Shown here piece by piece: positions 20,764 to 34,559 of a stretch of DNA of 64,000 nucleotides. The stretch's first letter is position 1; every line of letters starts with the position of its first letter. This stretch comes from Marsupella aquatica. Taxonomy: Eukaryota > Plantae > Marchantiophyta. Position numbers and translations under genes: made by a program. The notes below the pieces were generated by a model. The model ran no database searches. It worked only from the letters and a program-made list of their open reading frames with translations, and had not been told where the DNA came from. Where the stretch lies: NCBI GenBank assembly GCA_973895155.1, contig OZ316899.1, positions 14,015,934-14,079,933 on the forward strand. The letters are read 5' to 3'.

Positions 20764-23700
20764 GAACTCCTTATTCTCGTCCGGAGTGACCATGATAGGT
20801 GCGGTGGTGAGTCGTTTACGGAGTTCTTCGAAAGCAATCCGTCTTTTGGGTGTCTCCTCGATCACCGCATCCTTCTTCATCATCTCAGTTAAGGGCAACG
20901 CAATCTTAGCAAAATCTTTAATGAATCGACGATAGTACCCTACACAGCCCAAGAAGGATCGTACCGCTTTTTGATCTATGGGAAACACCACCGCCATCCA
21001 AGCCGCGACCTTCTCTTGGTCCACCTCGATACCCCGTTTGGACACACGATGTCCAAGTAACACTCCCTCCTCTACCCCAAAAAAACATTTGGCGGGATGT
21101 AGCTTGAGGTTAACCTCTCGGCATTTTTGTAGCGTACGTCGTAGATGTTTGGGGTGCATGGCAACGGTTCCAAAGATGGCAAAGTTGTCGATAAATATTT
21201 CCAGAAATTCCTGTAGGAAATTGTGGAAGATATTCATCATGAGTCGCTGACACATGGCCGGGGTGTTACACAGCCCAAATGGCATTCTTCAAAATGCGAA
21301 TGTCCCCCATTCCGTAGTGAACGTTGTTTTGAGCTGATCCGAGAGGCGGATCCAGATTTGATTATAACCCGAATACCCGTCAAGGAATGTATAAATTTTG
21401 TTTTGGGCTACCATATCGAGAACCATATCCGTGAATGGTAACGGGTAATGGTCTTTCCAGGTTGCGTCGTTTAGCTTACGATAGTCCTGATAGATCTGAA
21501 TCTTAGGTTTTCCGTCCGTACCTCCCTTCTTTGGTACAATGACAATGGGAGAAACCCAGTCGCTGGCCATTACCGGGTAGATGATATCTACGGCGAGGAG
21601 ACGATCAATTTCCTCCTTCACTGAGATGGAGTACCTCAGGTTCATGCAATGTTGTTGCTGCCGTACTGCATGGGCCCCCAGGTTCAAATCGATCGTGTGT
21701 TCTCCCAACTCGGGGGAGACTCCCGTCAAATCGTGATGGCTCCATGCGAACACATCTTCATATTCCTTGAGCAGTGCTTGGATAGATTTTTCCGCCTCCC
21801 CATCAGAGCATGGCCCAGGTTAAAAGACTTATCCATCCCAATGGTGTACTTCCGGTAGTGCTCCTTTCTTATGACTTCCACCTGGTTCTGCAAGCTCGGG
21901 TCCAGGCTTGCATCCAGTTCAGCTAACCGAACTCCTCCGTACATGGGTGGAACCAGGATCGGTTTTGGATTTGGGGTTAATTCCTCCAATTGCAGGATGG
22001 ACGGGTCCGAGGAGACTCGTTTCTTATGTCTCGGTCTCGGGTTTTCGGCCTCAGGCAGTTTTTTGGCCGGTTTGTGGTCACTAGGCTCTGCACTGGTAGA
22101 AGCAGCATCGACTCCTTGCTTAGCTGGAGCCGTGTCCTCCGTATTGATGGGCCATTTTTGCATTTCATCGGTCTGGGCGGTAGAGGTGCTCGGGGTGGAC
22201 TCAATAGCAACCTTTGGGTAATTCAGGAGATGTGTTTCCCGGGTTGCCTCTACTCCGAAGACATCTTCCTCGAACAGGGATGAAATGAGTTCAATCATAT
22301 TGAGCTCATCTTCCTCCGAGGTCTCCGAATCATATTCTTTGGGTCCCTGCAAGGTTTCACCCTGATAATCATCCATTGCCCATGATACTCGTACTGTGGG
22401 TGTCCCGAACCGTAGCTCCTTCTTTCCCCAATCCGTGACTACTCGGCCACCATACAACCACGGCCTGCCCAGAAGGACCGGATAAGAGGAGGGCCAAACC
22501 GGCCTCATGACTAGGAAGTTGAGATAGAACTCCACCCCTCCTACAAGAGTGAGCACCCGAGTGAGCGTGCCCAATGGGAGGACCCTTGCCCCATTTGCTA
22601 ATCTGATAGCTCGGGCTGTGGGTTGATACGTGAGGTATCCTAACTTGACTGATGTTTCCTCAGTCATGATGTTAACTCCCGCTCCTCCGTCTACGAGAAC
22701 CATCTTGATGGTACAATTATTGATCTCAATCGAGATGTCCGACGCTCCTAGGTCTTCGCATATCATGTTGCAGTCCGCGATCCCAACTCGGGGTAGTCGC
22801 CTCCATCGCCGACCCATAAGCAACTCCCTCAGTTGCCGTCGGTACTGTGGATTGTTCTATAGCAGTTGCCCTACCGTTGCCATAACCGGGCAACTCTTCA
22901 CGTCTTCCTTAATATCATAGTCCTCCTTCTTTTCTTCCTTCGGCTGCTGCTTGGCTTCCTCCTCTTGCTTTTCTTGCTCCTATCGTCAGGCGGCCTCGGT
23001 TGCTTTGATGTCCTTATCGATTGCTTTCTGGTATTCCCAAGCTTTGTAGGCCTCCAACTGTTTCTTTACCAATTCTTCAATGCGGGGATAAAATAGCTTT
23101 GGGTCGTCCCCACGGTAGTCATTGTCCTTCTCCGGGGGTATATCTATCGCTGGCTGCACTAGAGTAGTATCTTGCTTTTTCCTGCATTTTTCTTCCTGTT
23201 TTTCTTCCTTCCGCTCGGTTCTTGTTGACCCTCGGTAGCACTCAGCCTCGTCCGATGGATTAGGGTGCTCCGCCATGTCCACCAGATTTACCCACTCGGT
23301 GTTGTCATCTTGCCATTCCACAGCAATCATTTGGACGACTACATTGCTCGTGGCCGGTCCGCCCTGGGACGGTCTTGCTGCGTTTGTTCGAGCGGCTATT
23401 ACCAATGGACAGTTGGCCGTGGAGTGAGCTTCCATTTTGCAGACTTGACATAGTGGTGTGCCTCGGCCATCCCCCTGGGCGTCTTGGTTCGGTGCATTCC
23501 CTCGCAAAGTGGCCTGGCTTCTCACAGTTGTAACAAACTGGGGATCTCCAAATCCCTGGGTTAGGAGGAATGCTCGGGTTACTAATAACTTGGAAACTTC
23601 TGCCATTGTTTGGGTAGGGGTATGCAGTTCTACTTGCTAAGTTACGCGGACCCACCATTGAAATCTGATACACCGAATAAGGGGGATCTTCAAAGAAATA

Positions 23701-24870
23701 CTCCGTGGACTCCGATTCAGGTCCCAGGTTGTCAACATCATCTAATTCCACCTGGTGGATTCGGTTCTTCCATCTTGGGCATTCCCGCACTACATGCTCG
23801 GATTGGAAACACTTTGAACACCACGCATGTGCTTGGGTCTCGGGTGGCTTCTTCTTCTCCACAGGCTTTTCTGCGAGATGTATTGACAGTGCTTTGAGAC
23901 GATCCGTGATTTTGTTAAGCTTGTCTGCCTTGGCGGCCTTTGGATCGGGTATCGTTCTTCGAACACGGGGCTTGATTTTTCCCTCCTTCTTAACCCGCCT
24001 CTTCTTCTTTTTGCCCCGGCTCTTGCTCTCCGAATCACTTCCGGATGAGCTAGAAGTGGAGGATCTGCTGGTTGAAGTCGAATCCAAACTAGATTATGTC
24101 TCCGAACTGGACGAGGTCGAACGATGTTTCTTCTTTTTCTTGCGTTTCTTCTTCTTCTCGTCGTCCGATTTGGAGTTACTGTCACTGAAGGTCTCGTACT
24201 TGCCCTTCCTGCGGCGTGCCCGCTGGCTTTGCCGGGAGTTATAGGTGGACTCCCGGTAGGTTTCGGCGCATGCTATGGCTGCTTGCATTGAAATTGGGTT
24301 ATTCTTGCGCACCCAGAATTGCATATTAGTGGGCAAACCATGGAGGAACCACGTAAGCTGGAGCGCGTCACCCGGCCTAGGCTGGATCTTGGCAGCAAGT
24401 TTCTGAAACTTCTGAATGTACTTTCATAGGGACTCCTTCTTTCCCATGCAAAGTTGGCCGATCTTTAATAAAGAACGCTGCTCTGATCCAATGGCACGAA
24501 AATCTTGGAGCAACGCAGCTTGGAATTGTGCCCATGTAGTCCCGGGTGGCAGCGAGTTGTACCATGGACGAGCTTCTCCCCGCATCACTCCAAGGAGGAC
24601 GGTTAGCTTAATGGCTTCTTCCCCATTGGCCTTAGCAGTGGCTTCAAACTCATCCAACCATTCATCCAGATCATCCCCATGACGCCCTTTGAAAGGTCAA
24701 TAATGGAACCGCGACCGTTGTGATATTTGTGGGGGAGCTTGGACAGCACGGGCCATAGCCGGTAGGGCGGCTGCCATAGGTACTGGTGGCGGTGGCGGTG
24801 CTGGTGGTGGTGCAGCAGGACCGGTTGGACCGGACCCCGAAGGTCCCGATGGTATGTTCATTCGTCAAGG
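20764..24870 (-). pseudogene. B' gag-protease-RT (frameshifts and stops)
   Basis: Gag core (WMDEFEATAKANG), three CCHC knuckles, protease LVDGGAG, RT WVSPIVIVPKK, DHYPLP, LDGYSGYNQI and MPFGLCN. Confidence 0.92.
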
Positions 24871-26340
24871 CGATTGCGAGTCCTCCAAACCTGAAGAGTC
24901 AGAGCTTGTGGGGGTTGCACTCTCTCGTTCAATGGTCAATCTCCTCAAGTAAGCTGCTTGAGAACGAGTGACGAGCATTTACTCGTATAAATGCAATGGT
25001 TAGTAACTCACAAGGGCCTGGTGTATTCTGCCCAGGTGCACCCGCACATGTCTCCCTTCTACTATACGTAGAGTGCCCCCTCCATCTAGCGCCAAAAACA
25101 AAGGCTATATCACGCCGTCAGCCTAGGCCTTAACCCGGGCTTTGGCTTAGACAGGCACATCCTTTGTTAATATGAGGGTTCGGGCAGGGGGGGAGAGTCG
25201 CGGAACTCGACTACCTTAACACTTAGCTCCGGCATCGCTGACTCCGACGCCGAGCTCCCTTATGGTCTAGGCCCGGATAGGCCATCCGGGGAGGACTTAG
25301 CATGGGGAGACTCGTGGGCAATGAGAGTGGCACTGGCGAGTCGAGGGGCCAAGCTAGGGACACAAACTAAGGACTTGGACTAGCCTATGGCTGGTCGGGT
25401 CATGGGGAAATGGGTCGGGCTCAAGGATGGCCATCCGGACCGTCGGATGGGCTTTGAGTTCTGATGGCTTGGGAGTGAGCTCCTCTTGGGCCCAAGGCCA
25501 ATGGAGTTGACGCCATTGGTAACGAACGCTTGGGGCGCAAGTTGTGGCCCGATCCAGGTTGGGCCGGTCGGGGGCCCCGAGTGGCGATCAGACCTGAGGG
25601 CCTGGCATGAGCACTGGGTCGGCCCGGTCACAACAGGCTAAGGCACTCCGCTTGCGGATGCCTATCAAGAAAGTTATCGGTGTTGCCAGTTGGTGGAGCC
25701 CCTATTATGCGCGATGGGATCCGGGTTGGGGGCCAAATGTTTAGGGACCAAAACTGGTCCGGGGGTGGCAGGTCTCCAGAAGCATATATGAGGAGAGTGG
25801 TGTCTCCTTGGGGGCTAAGGGCGAGCCGAAGTCGTGAGCCGCGGCGGTCGCGACACTAAGGGAAACCGCCAAACGGAAATGACAATATCTTCCCAACGGG
25901 AAGTCCGTTGGAGGACTTCTTGGGTGCGTTGGAAAGCTCTTGAGGAGGGCTACGCCCTCCTGAGCTCTGATGGGTCCGAGGGTGTGATGCCGCCGGTACG
26001 GCGGTTAATGAGTGATTCGGTCTAACTACGCTCAGCGCCGCGTTAGGAGTGTCTTAGGCCGCTATTATTAGCATAACGATAGTATTTAGGTAATCATTAT
26101 GGGTAGGACATCATTAGGCAATAAGGGGGAATTCAGGTTTGGACTGGCGACGGGTCGCTATTTGCACACCCGGGTTACGAGCGTGGAGGGGCCCCTCCCT
26201 TGGGTCCGTATAACGAACTTAAGGAAGCGGCCACTGACACGCGCTGACTCAGACCGGCGGAGTGGCCGGTACACCACAAGCGTGAGCGGTTCAGCCTATG
26301 GGCGTCGAGGAGATGTCGGGGGATCGGCAAGCCCTCAAGG

Positions 26341-26348
26341 TATAAAAA
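26341..26348 (+). promoter_or_regulatory. TATA box upstream of the B LTR ORF
   Basis: TATAAAAA about 108 bp before ATG 26449. Conserved at 40717 and in B' (about 13941, minus strand). Confidence 0.6.
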
Positions 26349-26672
26349 GGGAGCCGACCCTTTGGAGTGCACCAGTCCATCAGTCCACGCGCCAGCTTCG
26401 ACCCCAGCTCTCTCGTTTGCTCTAAGTCGCCACTACTATCTCCTCTGAATGTCGCACACGATCCTCTCCAGCTCGGCCATTCGATTCTGGACGCAGTTCC
26501 TATCTACCGGAAGGCACTTGGCCGACTCATTGAAACACGCCAACCCGCGCCGATACGAAATCGAACGCGAGTACGAGAGAACCATCCGCCTAGCAGGATG
26601 ACACCACTACATCCTTAACTTTGACTACCCGTCTCAGAGCGAGCTTTACCGACCAGCAGAGGTATCTGGGTA

Positions 26673-29600
26673 TGTGGTGCGTCCCATGGCTCCCTAAACC
26701 CAAGAAACCCCCCAGCTCAAGCCGATTCCCGCAGGTTTCGCGCTTGGCGAGGCCGTTTCCGCGGCTTAGCGGCAGGGGACGCTGCTAACCTTCTTCTACT
26801 ACTACTATTAACATTTACACACATATACTGGACAGATCCTTCATCGGGTCATGAGATACGTAGCCGGCCTAATCTAGGCCTTCCCTTGTCTTCCCCTCCG
26901 TCTTGTTAGGTATGTTTGGATTTCGCCGCCGGAATGATCCCCAATAGGCTTGGTTAAGCCGCTAAGACCTCTCTCAGCTCGACACATCCAACTCTCACTC
27001 CCCTGCTTACTTTCCTTCCTCTATTAGTTGATGTGGGCACTCTTCACACAAGTTAATGCGACACACAAATAGCAAAATGACTCCTTCTGACTGAGTCATA
27101 CCATGCACTTGCCATACAAACAGTACATCTCATACACAAGCTTTGCGAACTAAGCCGTGAGGCCAACTCTATTCAGCTCTTAGGCATGAGGAAACATGAA
27201 TATACACAAGGGTCACTGTATGACTAACCGAGAGCTTCTCTTACTACTTGATCCCAGCCCAGCTGGTGCAAACTAAAAACTTGCTAAAGAAGAGGCCCTG
27301 GACTCCCCGCTGCCCAGGTATTTATCCTGGCAGTGGATCTGTCCAAAACTTCGCTGCGTAAGCTTAATCTATCCTACCTGTAATCTACCTAATTGTACAG
27401 CGAGGCAGGAGCAACACTTGTTGCTCTTGCCAGTGGAACCGCAATCCCACTAAGCTAAGTGTCAGGGCCGCCTCCTGGTCCTGATCCTAATCCTAAACTT
27501 GGAGACCAGCGCCCGCCCTGCCCACTCACGCCTCCTACCTCCACGTCCGCCCTTCCTAAAAGGAACGGCACCCTTGCACCGTCACGACACCGGTGGTGGA
27601 TCCTCAATGGACGCCCCCAACGCTTCCTCCTCAGCCATTGTCGTAGGTTCGTTCTCTGACAGATTACCTGCCCTTGACTGAGTCAACTCTCCATCGGCCT
27701 GACTGGGTCTACCATCGGCATCGGCGTCGGCTCGGGAATCATTCTCGGCTACGGCCTCAGCCTCGGCTATGGTCTCCCCGGCCTGCTCAAGAGGCGGATC
27801 TGGGATACCGGCCTCATTATTGAGTAGTTCGGCTTGGGCCGCGCCATCCCCACCTTTGGTGATAGCGGGATCTATTGCCGTGTTCATGCCGGAGGTTGGT
27901 GCTGGGTCTACCTCCTTGGTCACCACGGCCAGTGGAGTCGTATTACTCCTTGACCCTGAAGGTTTCCGCTTCTTCTTCTTTTTTGGTTCGGCAGCTGGTC
28001 CCTTCCCCTTCCCACTTACTTCCGGCACTGGTGCAGGTGGCGCGGCTTGTTCTTCGGCCAGTACCACTCCTGGTAACTTGGTTGCCCCAATTGGAGTTGG
28101 GCCTGATGAAGACAAGCACTTAAATACTGCGGCTTGTTTCTTCAGCCGCTCTGTTTGGTTGTCGGCCCGCCGCTGTAGGTTCTCCATCTTCCTCGTGATT
28201 TCCTCCAACTCCTCCTGGGTCTCATCCAGGTCCTTGCGCGCCTCTTCTAGCTCATTTTTGGCTTCCTCCAATTCCCTGTGGGCTTCCTCCAATTCCTTCT
28301 TGGTGGTAGCCCTCTCCTCCCGGGTTGCTCTTAGCTCCTTGTCGAGCTCTGCAATGATGACAGACTCCATCTAGTTCATCTTGGCGTAAGTCTGATCGAG
28401 CATCTCGTCCTTCTCCCGTAGGTCGGCCTTGAAGCTGGCCGTCAGGGACGCAAGCTCCTGCTGCAGCGCCATAATCCCTTGATAGGATTTCCCTAACTCG
28501 GCCTCCTTCTGCTCAAGGGCTCCGCGGATTTTCTCGAGCTCCCCCTTCAACGCCCATTCCTTTCTTTGGGTCTCTGCCATGGCCCGGTTGTTGGATGTTA
28601 TGTGGGCCTCCTCTGCATTCCTCAGCTCCTTCTTCCATTTCTCCCTGTCCTTGATTGCGTCGGCCAATTCTCCTTGGGTCCGCGTTAGTAGATTCTCGAT
28701 CATCCGATTATCAGATTGTGCGGTATCCAACTGGCCCTGCATGATATTTAGCTCATGCCGCTTAATCCGCAGCTCATCTTGGGCTTTCTTGGCCACCCTC
28801 AGGTCCTTGATTTCGGCTTCCCTTTCCCTAAGCCGACGGATGACCTCGTCCTTCTTGCTTCTTTCCAAGGCCACCGCTTCTTCTAATTGGCGCTTCTCCA
28901 ACATCTCCCTCTGGAAAAAGGGTCCCTGCTCCAACTCCTCCCCAAATATGCTGAGCGCCAGTTCTCCACACATCTCCCCGTACTCCATGGCTCTGTCTTT
29001 AGCATAGGTGGAGGAAGTAGAAGTCATCGGCATCATCCACTGCGGCCTCTGCTCCCAAGCCGTCTTGCGGATCTCTTCAATCGTGGCTAGAGGTTTGCTT
29101 CCTTTTTCGGCTAGCCGCTTGATGTCCTCCGGCCAATCTCCTCCTGGAAAATCCTTTTCTCTAGCCAGGGCTGCCTCCTCTTCCTGCCTGATTCGCTCCT
29201 GAAATTCCTGCGCCGTCTGTTTTATGCCGTCAAAGCTCGGGGGAGCAACATCTGGTGGGGGAGACTCAGGGCTACTCTGCTGGTTGGGGTCCCCTCGTAC
29301 TACCCTTGGAAGTGTGGGGATAAACCGGCCACAGGTCCTTACTCCTGGAACGTGATGGTCCGACCCATAGCCGGAGTTATCATGGCTGCAGTCCTCCACT
29401 GCCTCCTCTACTTCTTGGCCTTCCGGCTTCTCCCTCTCCTCTTCGTCCGTAGGAGCTTCAGGCAATTCTGCCTCAGATTCAGAGCTTGAGACTCCCACGT
29501 ACATTCGAACACCCGGCTTGGATTCTGGCCTGATTCTCTCCTTGTCTCCAGTAAAGGGGTTTTCCCCTGTAAGCCGGTGTAGGCCTACCTTTGGAGCAGT

Positions 29601-31526
29601 GTCCTGCATTGTTGCCGTTGCCGTTGTCGTTGCCGATGCCGATCTCTTTTCTTTCTCCAGTAGTTTCAGCAGATTCTGCATGCCTGGTTGCTGCATCGGC
29701 AAGTCCTCCGTCCTTGGCCTAAACACCTGCTCGATCGTAGGGCTAACAGGTGGTTGAGGCTTCTCTGCTACCGGCCTCGGTGCTGGAGCTTCCTCGGGTG
29801 CCCTTACCTGTACGGGAAGTACTGGGGCAAAGGTCTGACCTCTGGCATACCGGCACAACAGCGGCATGTGATAGCCAAGCCGCGACACGCTCCCCATGCC
29901 GATTACCTGCTGCTCCTCCTTTAAGATCTTCTTCAATTGGTTGAGGAGGTACCCATTGTAGTCCCGGCTTGGGTCTGGCCTCTCTGCCAGATAGACCTGT
30001 GCCTTGCTGATCTCTGCCCTCGGCAAGTTACAGTGCATGGTCACCCGCAAGAAGTCGATCATCTCTCCTATGTGTGGGTTGGTGCAGGTGTTCCGGAAGA
30101 AGCCATTCTTCGTTGATGGCCCGGGGAACGACCGGAACTCCTTGTCAGGCACGGTCTTCCTGGTATCAACTTTGGTCTTATTGCCTATCGGCAAGCCAAA
30201 CACTTCGGCAATCACCTTGGGAGTAAGATAGAAATCCTTCCCATATATCCTCGTGCAATTGGTCTCGGGTTCCCATGACCCCACGAATTCTAATAGGTCT
30301 GAATCCGGTACCTCCGGCTTCAGCCATGGTAATCTTACAAAGGCCTCTAAGCTGGATCCGGCCATGAAGCCTGGGTACTTCTTGGTCTGCATGGCCGTAA
30401 AGCATGCATCCTCCTCCCGTGCAAAATGTAGTTGCACCTCCACCGGTAGGGTTGCCGCCCAGCCCTTCCAGGTGTCATCCCTGGTTGGAATGGCCTTGAT
30501 GGGATCGACCTCCTCCTCTTCGGCTTCTCCCTGCCTCCTGCTCTGCTGCTCGGCTGGCTTCTTTGGTGCCGCCGACCTCGTTCTTTTTGCTGGGGTGGCT
30601 TCATCGTTGACGGCTCCCTTCCTCTTCATCTCTGTTGCCGTGGAGGTTTCTCTCAGAGCAAGCTTTACTGACCAGCAGAAGTATCTGGGTACTTCTTCAA
30701 CGGAGACAAATATATCGGTTTCTAGGAAGCATTGCTTCGGTCTATCGGACGAGGTCTTCCGGACGAGGTCTTCAATCGTTGACGGCTCCCTTCCTCTTCA
30801 TCTCTGCTGCCGTGGAGGTTTCTCCTAGCACCGTTGCCGGGGTCCACCTTTCCGTGCTACCCTTCAATTCCCAGTGTATGTCGTTGCAGTTCTTGATGGC
30901 CTCTCGAATGCCGATGATTCTGTCTTCATAAAACAGAAGATCGTCGAGCTGATTGGAAGTAGGAGTCCACAAGAACTCGTCGTTGATGAGTTTGCCTCCT
31001 AAGAAAGCCGTCTTTTGTAGCTCCCACAATCGAGCGAGCTCCTGCCGTTCTCGAGCTGCCCTTTCTGATTCCTCGTCCTCGTAAGTCTTGATGTACTCAG
31101 TTGCCCGTTCGAACAGGCATCCCCAGAAATGTGCCGCTTGATTGACGTTGCTCCCTCCTTAGGTCGATCGTCGGTATCTACTCTCTCCCCGAGTGCTTGC
31201 CTAAGCAGCTGACAGTAGTTGGCCTCCCATAGTCGTCTGCCTAGTTCGTGCTCGCAAATGAGCCACCATCTCCTGCAAGCGCTCCTTACCCTCTCCTCTT
31301 CCGGTCCTTCCTCCCGTTGATCCTTCCTAGCCGCCGACGCTTAACGCGCCCTAACCCTAATCGAGTTTTCACCCCCAGCGTCCTTACTTCCGGCCTCGGC
31401 ACGGGTTCCATGGTCGCCCCTAATTGTTTATATTTTCCTTGTTTTGTCCCTATACTAAGGTGTTTCTAGGGTGCATTCCTGCTTTACCCACTTAACTGGC
31501 CGAGTGATTCCTGGCTAGGCATCACA
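26673..31526 (-). mobile_element. Family A copy 3: gene-bearing solo-LTR-like unit (4854 bp) inserted in the B 5' LTR
   Basis: TGTGGTGCG...GGCATCACA ends. Perfect TSD GGGTA at 26668-26672 and 31527-31531. Confidence 0.95.
27582..31411 (-). pseudogene. Family A accessory ORF, disrupted
   Basis: Homologous to 2761-6396. Stop at 28371-28373, insertion at 30651-30776 and small deletions near the 5' end. Confidence 0.85.
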
Positions 31527-34500
31527 GGGTACTTCTTCAACGGAGACAAATATATCGGTTTCTGGGAAGCATTGCTTCGGCTTCCGGACGAGGTCTTCAA
31601 TATCCCGGGTACGATCGACTTGCAATGACATCACTTTGACCACATCCCTGCTCAGGTTCGGGCTATCATCAACAGCGAGTCCACCACTACCCATTCGACA
31701 AGGTCGTCCGCACTTGCTTCGGAGAACTTCTACCAGCACCTGCAGAGCTTCATGGGAACTAGACCCGCAACCACCGGCACCAGCCCAGTGGACCCCATAC
31801 CCGTACCCGTACCAACGCAGACTCAGGCTCAGGCTCAGCTTTAGGCTCAGCTTTAGTCTCAGCCTCAGCCTAGCCAACCCCCACCTCCGATCGCCCTGCT
31901 AGCAGTACAAGTACGCTCCGTCATCAACGCTATGGACCTTAGCGACGATGACGAGGCTACCCCACCCTTGCTCAGGCGGCCCAGAGGAGTAAACACTCAG
32001 GGGGCCGACACTGCATCGTCCCCTCCCCATGCTCGGACCCAAGGAGCGGCTCCAGCAGACAACACGGTGACCGTGGCCGCCCCGGGACCAATACTAACGG
32101 CGGTAGTACTACCTATGCCCGATCGAGAGGATGGGGAGGTGTCAACTTCCCCGAGCCAGTCACGGGGGAAGAAGAGGAAGGAACCCGCCACTGCATCCGG
32201 GCTACCATTGGCCACGGTAGCCGTGGCCAAGGTAACAATGCACCGCATGGGGGAAAACGTGCATAAGAACATCCTCCATCCCAAGCATGCAGTGTACCTG
32301 AAGACTCAGGGATTTGAGCACCTCGCCGCTCTGCCCTGGAACACTTGCAGGTACTACGGGGAGGACATGACAAAATTTGTCAAGAATTATGATGATACAC
32401 GTCAGCATACTCGGCTGCGGGGAAGGAATATGTCCCTCACGGAAGAACGGCTCAGGATGATCTTCGGATTACCCGAAGGTGACCATCGAGTCGAATCACG
32501 GGCTCCCGGGGGCAAGGGAGCCAAGTACCAATCCTCAAGTTTTCCCTCGGAAGGAGCAGTGGACAACTGGTTTGTGATGAGGACCTGCCTCATCCCCGAG
32601 ATAGCTGAGCGACTGGAGTTCCAGAGGTACGCCCTCCACATGATGGAACCCCGGGGGGAGATCTCCGCCACCCAGGTTATCCAGGTCGAGAACTATCGAC
32701 CTAGGAAGTGGGCGTCGTACTTCGCTAAGAAATTCCATGAAGAGATGGAGCGGTGAAGGAAGACGCTGTACATTGGCGGGAAGGCGTATTTCGCTAGCCA
32801 CATCGAGATCATTCTTGAGTGGAATGCTCGGTTTGATCGACGAACCCTTCCCCGTGTCAACGTTACAAAGCTGGTCCCAGCTAGGTGGGTTTTTCCGGCC
32901 TTGGAGAGACGGCCCCAACCTGAGGCCCGAAGTCCAGCGGACACGCCAGCTTCACCCACCCCACCTCCACAAGTAGCTGTAGTCGTAACCGAGGAGGTAC
33001 CGGATGGGTTGGTTGTCGCAACCGTTGATGCGATCCAACAGGCCGGGCTAAGTACAAAAGTCGGTACGGCGGAGGTCTTACCCGAGCCCGGGTCTCCCAA
33101 AGACCCACCGGTGGCTATTCTGGAGAACCGGACATTGCTGCAGGAGGACACTCCAGCCCCTTCCAACATTACGTCCCCAGGGCTGGACGTCACTGCCCCG
33201 GCCCCCGCGCGTGTTGACGTCTGCCCGTGCCCAACTCCGGACAGGCACAACCTGGACCACCCGGAACTCTTTGTACCGGGTACATTTCTGAACGGGCTTC
33301 TGGGAGATTTCTCTCATCAAATTGCCCGGGATACCGGGGAGTTCATGGCCCAGAAGGTAGCATGTTTCTTCAATCAGGAGTTAGTTGCCGCAGTAAAGGC
33401 AGGTCGGGCCCAGTCGGAGGCCCTTCAGAGGATAGAGCGGTACCGGGTGGAGTCCGTCTACTTAAAGAACGAAGTTGCAGCTCAAGAGGCTGAGCTTCTA
33501 CAACTACGACCCAAGGTTGCAGCCGCCGATGATTTGTTAGCAAAGGCGCACGCCCTTACCGCCCTAGCCGAGTAGGCCAAAGCTGGGAACGAGGCCGAGA
33601 TTGCATGACTCCGGAACCAGATTGACAGTTTGAAGAATCAAACTGTCATCTGGCAGAAGGACCTAGAGGAGGCCAAAGAACGGGCCCAGCGGGACACTAC
33701 GGAGATAGCCACGCTGCAGGCCGAGGTGGCACGGCTCCAAACCGAGGCCGAGAAGCAGGACCAGCTGGCGGGTAAACTGACGAGCGACGCCCAGCAGCTG
33801 GAGGAGGCATGTCAGGAGGCAGTAGAGGAGACGGATGCGGCAAGGCGAGAGAACGAATCTCTGCTGGACCAGGTCTAGCTCCTCAAGGCGGACAATGACA
33901 GGCTTCGAAGGCAGCGGGATGGCCGCTCCCATTCGGGCGGCTCTCGCAAGCGTGCCAGGCATTAGCAGCGGAGCAGGAATAGATTAGGATTAGGACTAGC
34001 TTAGTCAGGCTCTTGGGACAGGCACCTGCCTTAGGTACAGCAGCGCTGCCATGCTGTCCAGCCTGCGTAGATTAGGATCTTCTAATAAGACACAGCCATT
34101 TTCCGGCCTGACTGTCAGCTTAGTTAGGACCTTAGTCAGCGAATCTTCGGTGAGAGGACACCCCGTCCCTCGGCCCTTAGTATTTAGTGCACCCCTCGGT
34201 AGAGGCAGGGGGTTTTTAGTCTCAGAGTTGGACATCCGTGGTATGTGCGGGGAGTCCCGGCCTCTGGGAGTGAAAGAGTACCAAGGAGAGGGGGTAGGAC
34301 TAAGCTCGTCGGGCGAGTGCGGAGCCGGGCTCCGTTGTAGTATACTCTCTCGCCCTTGAACCTGTTCATTCCGGAGCTATCGGGTCAACCAAGTGTACGC
34401 ACATGTCCCCTATGTAGTAAAATCCTTTCCCATTATTTCCTTCGTGTAAATCGAGATTGTATGCTTGTGCGCGTGTATGTGTGTGTGAATCTCGTGTATA

Positions 34501-34559
34501 GGTGACAACGCCGGGCCGAACGCACTACCCGAATCATGCACGAGGTGCAGCTTGCGGGG

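Larger units (their letters stand above)
26449..33965 (+). pseudogene. B LTR-encoded accessory ORF (about 880 codons once A3 is removed): PMD/Athila-ORF1-like domain plus coiled coil
   Basis: Runs MSHTILSSSAIRFW... through GFEHLAALPW...MTKFVKNYDDTRQHTRLRGRNMSLTEERLRMIFGLPEG and a coiled coil to ...RKRARH*. Reads through several in-frame CGA>TGA or CAG>TAG-type stops. Confidence 0.78.
25983..34559 (+). repeat. B 5' LTR (interrupted by A3; last ~470 bp, PBS and gag start deleted)
   Basis: 25983-26563 matches 40358-40939 and 33933-34559 matches about 40937-41563. Joins gag at a CGGGG microhomology. Confidence 0.88.
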
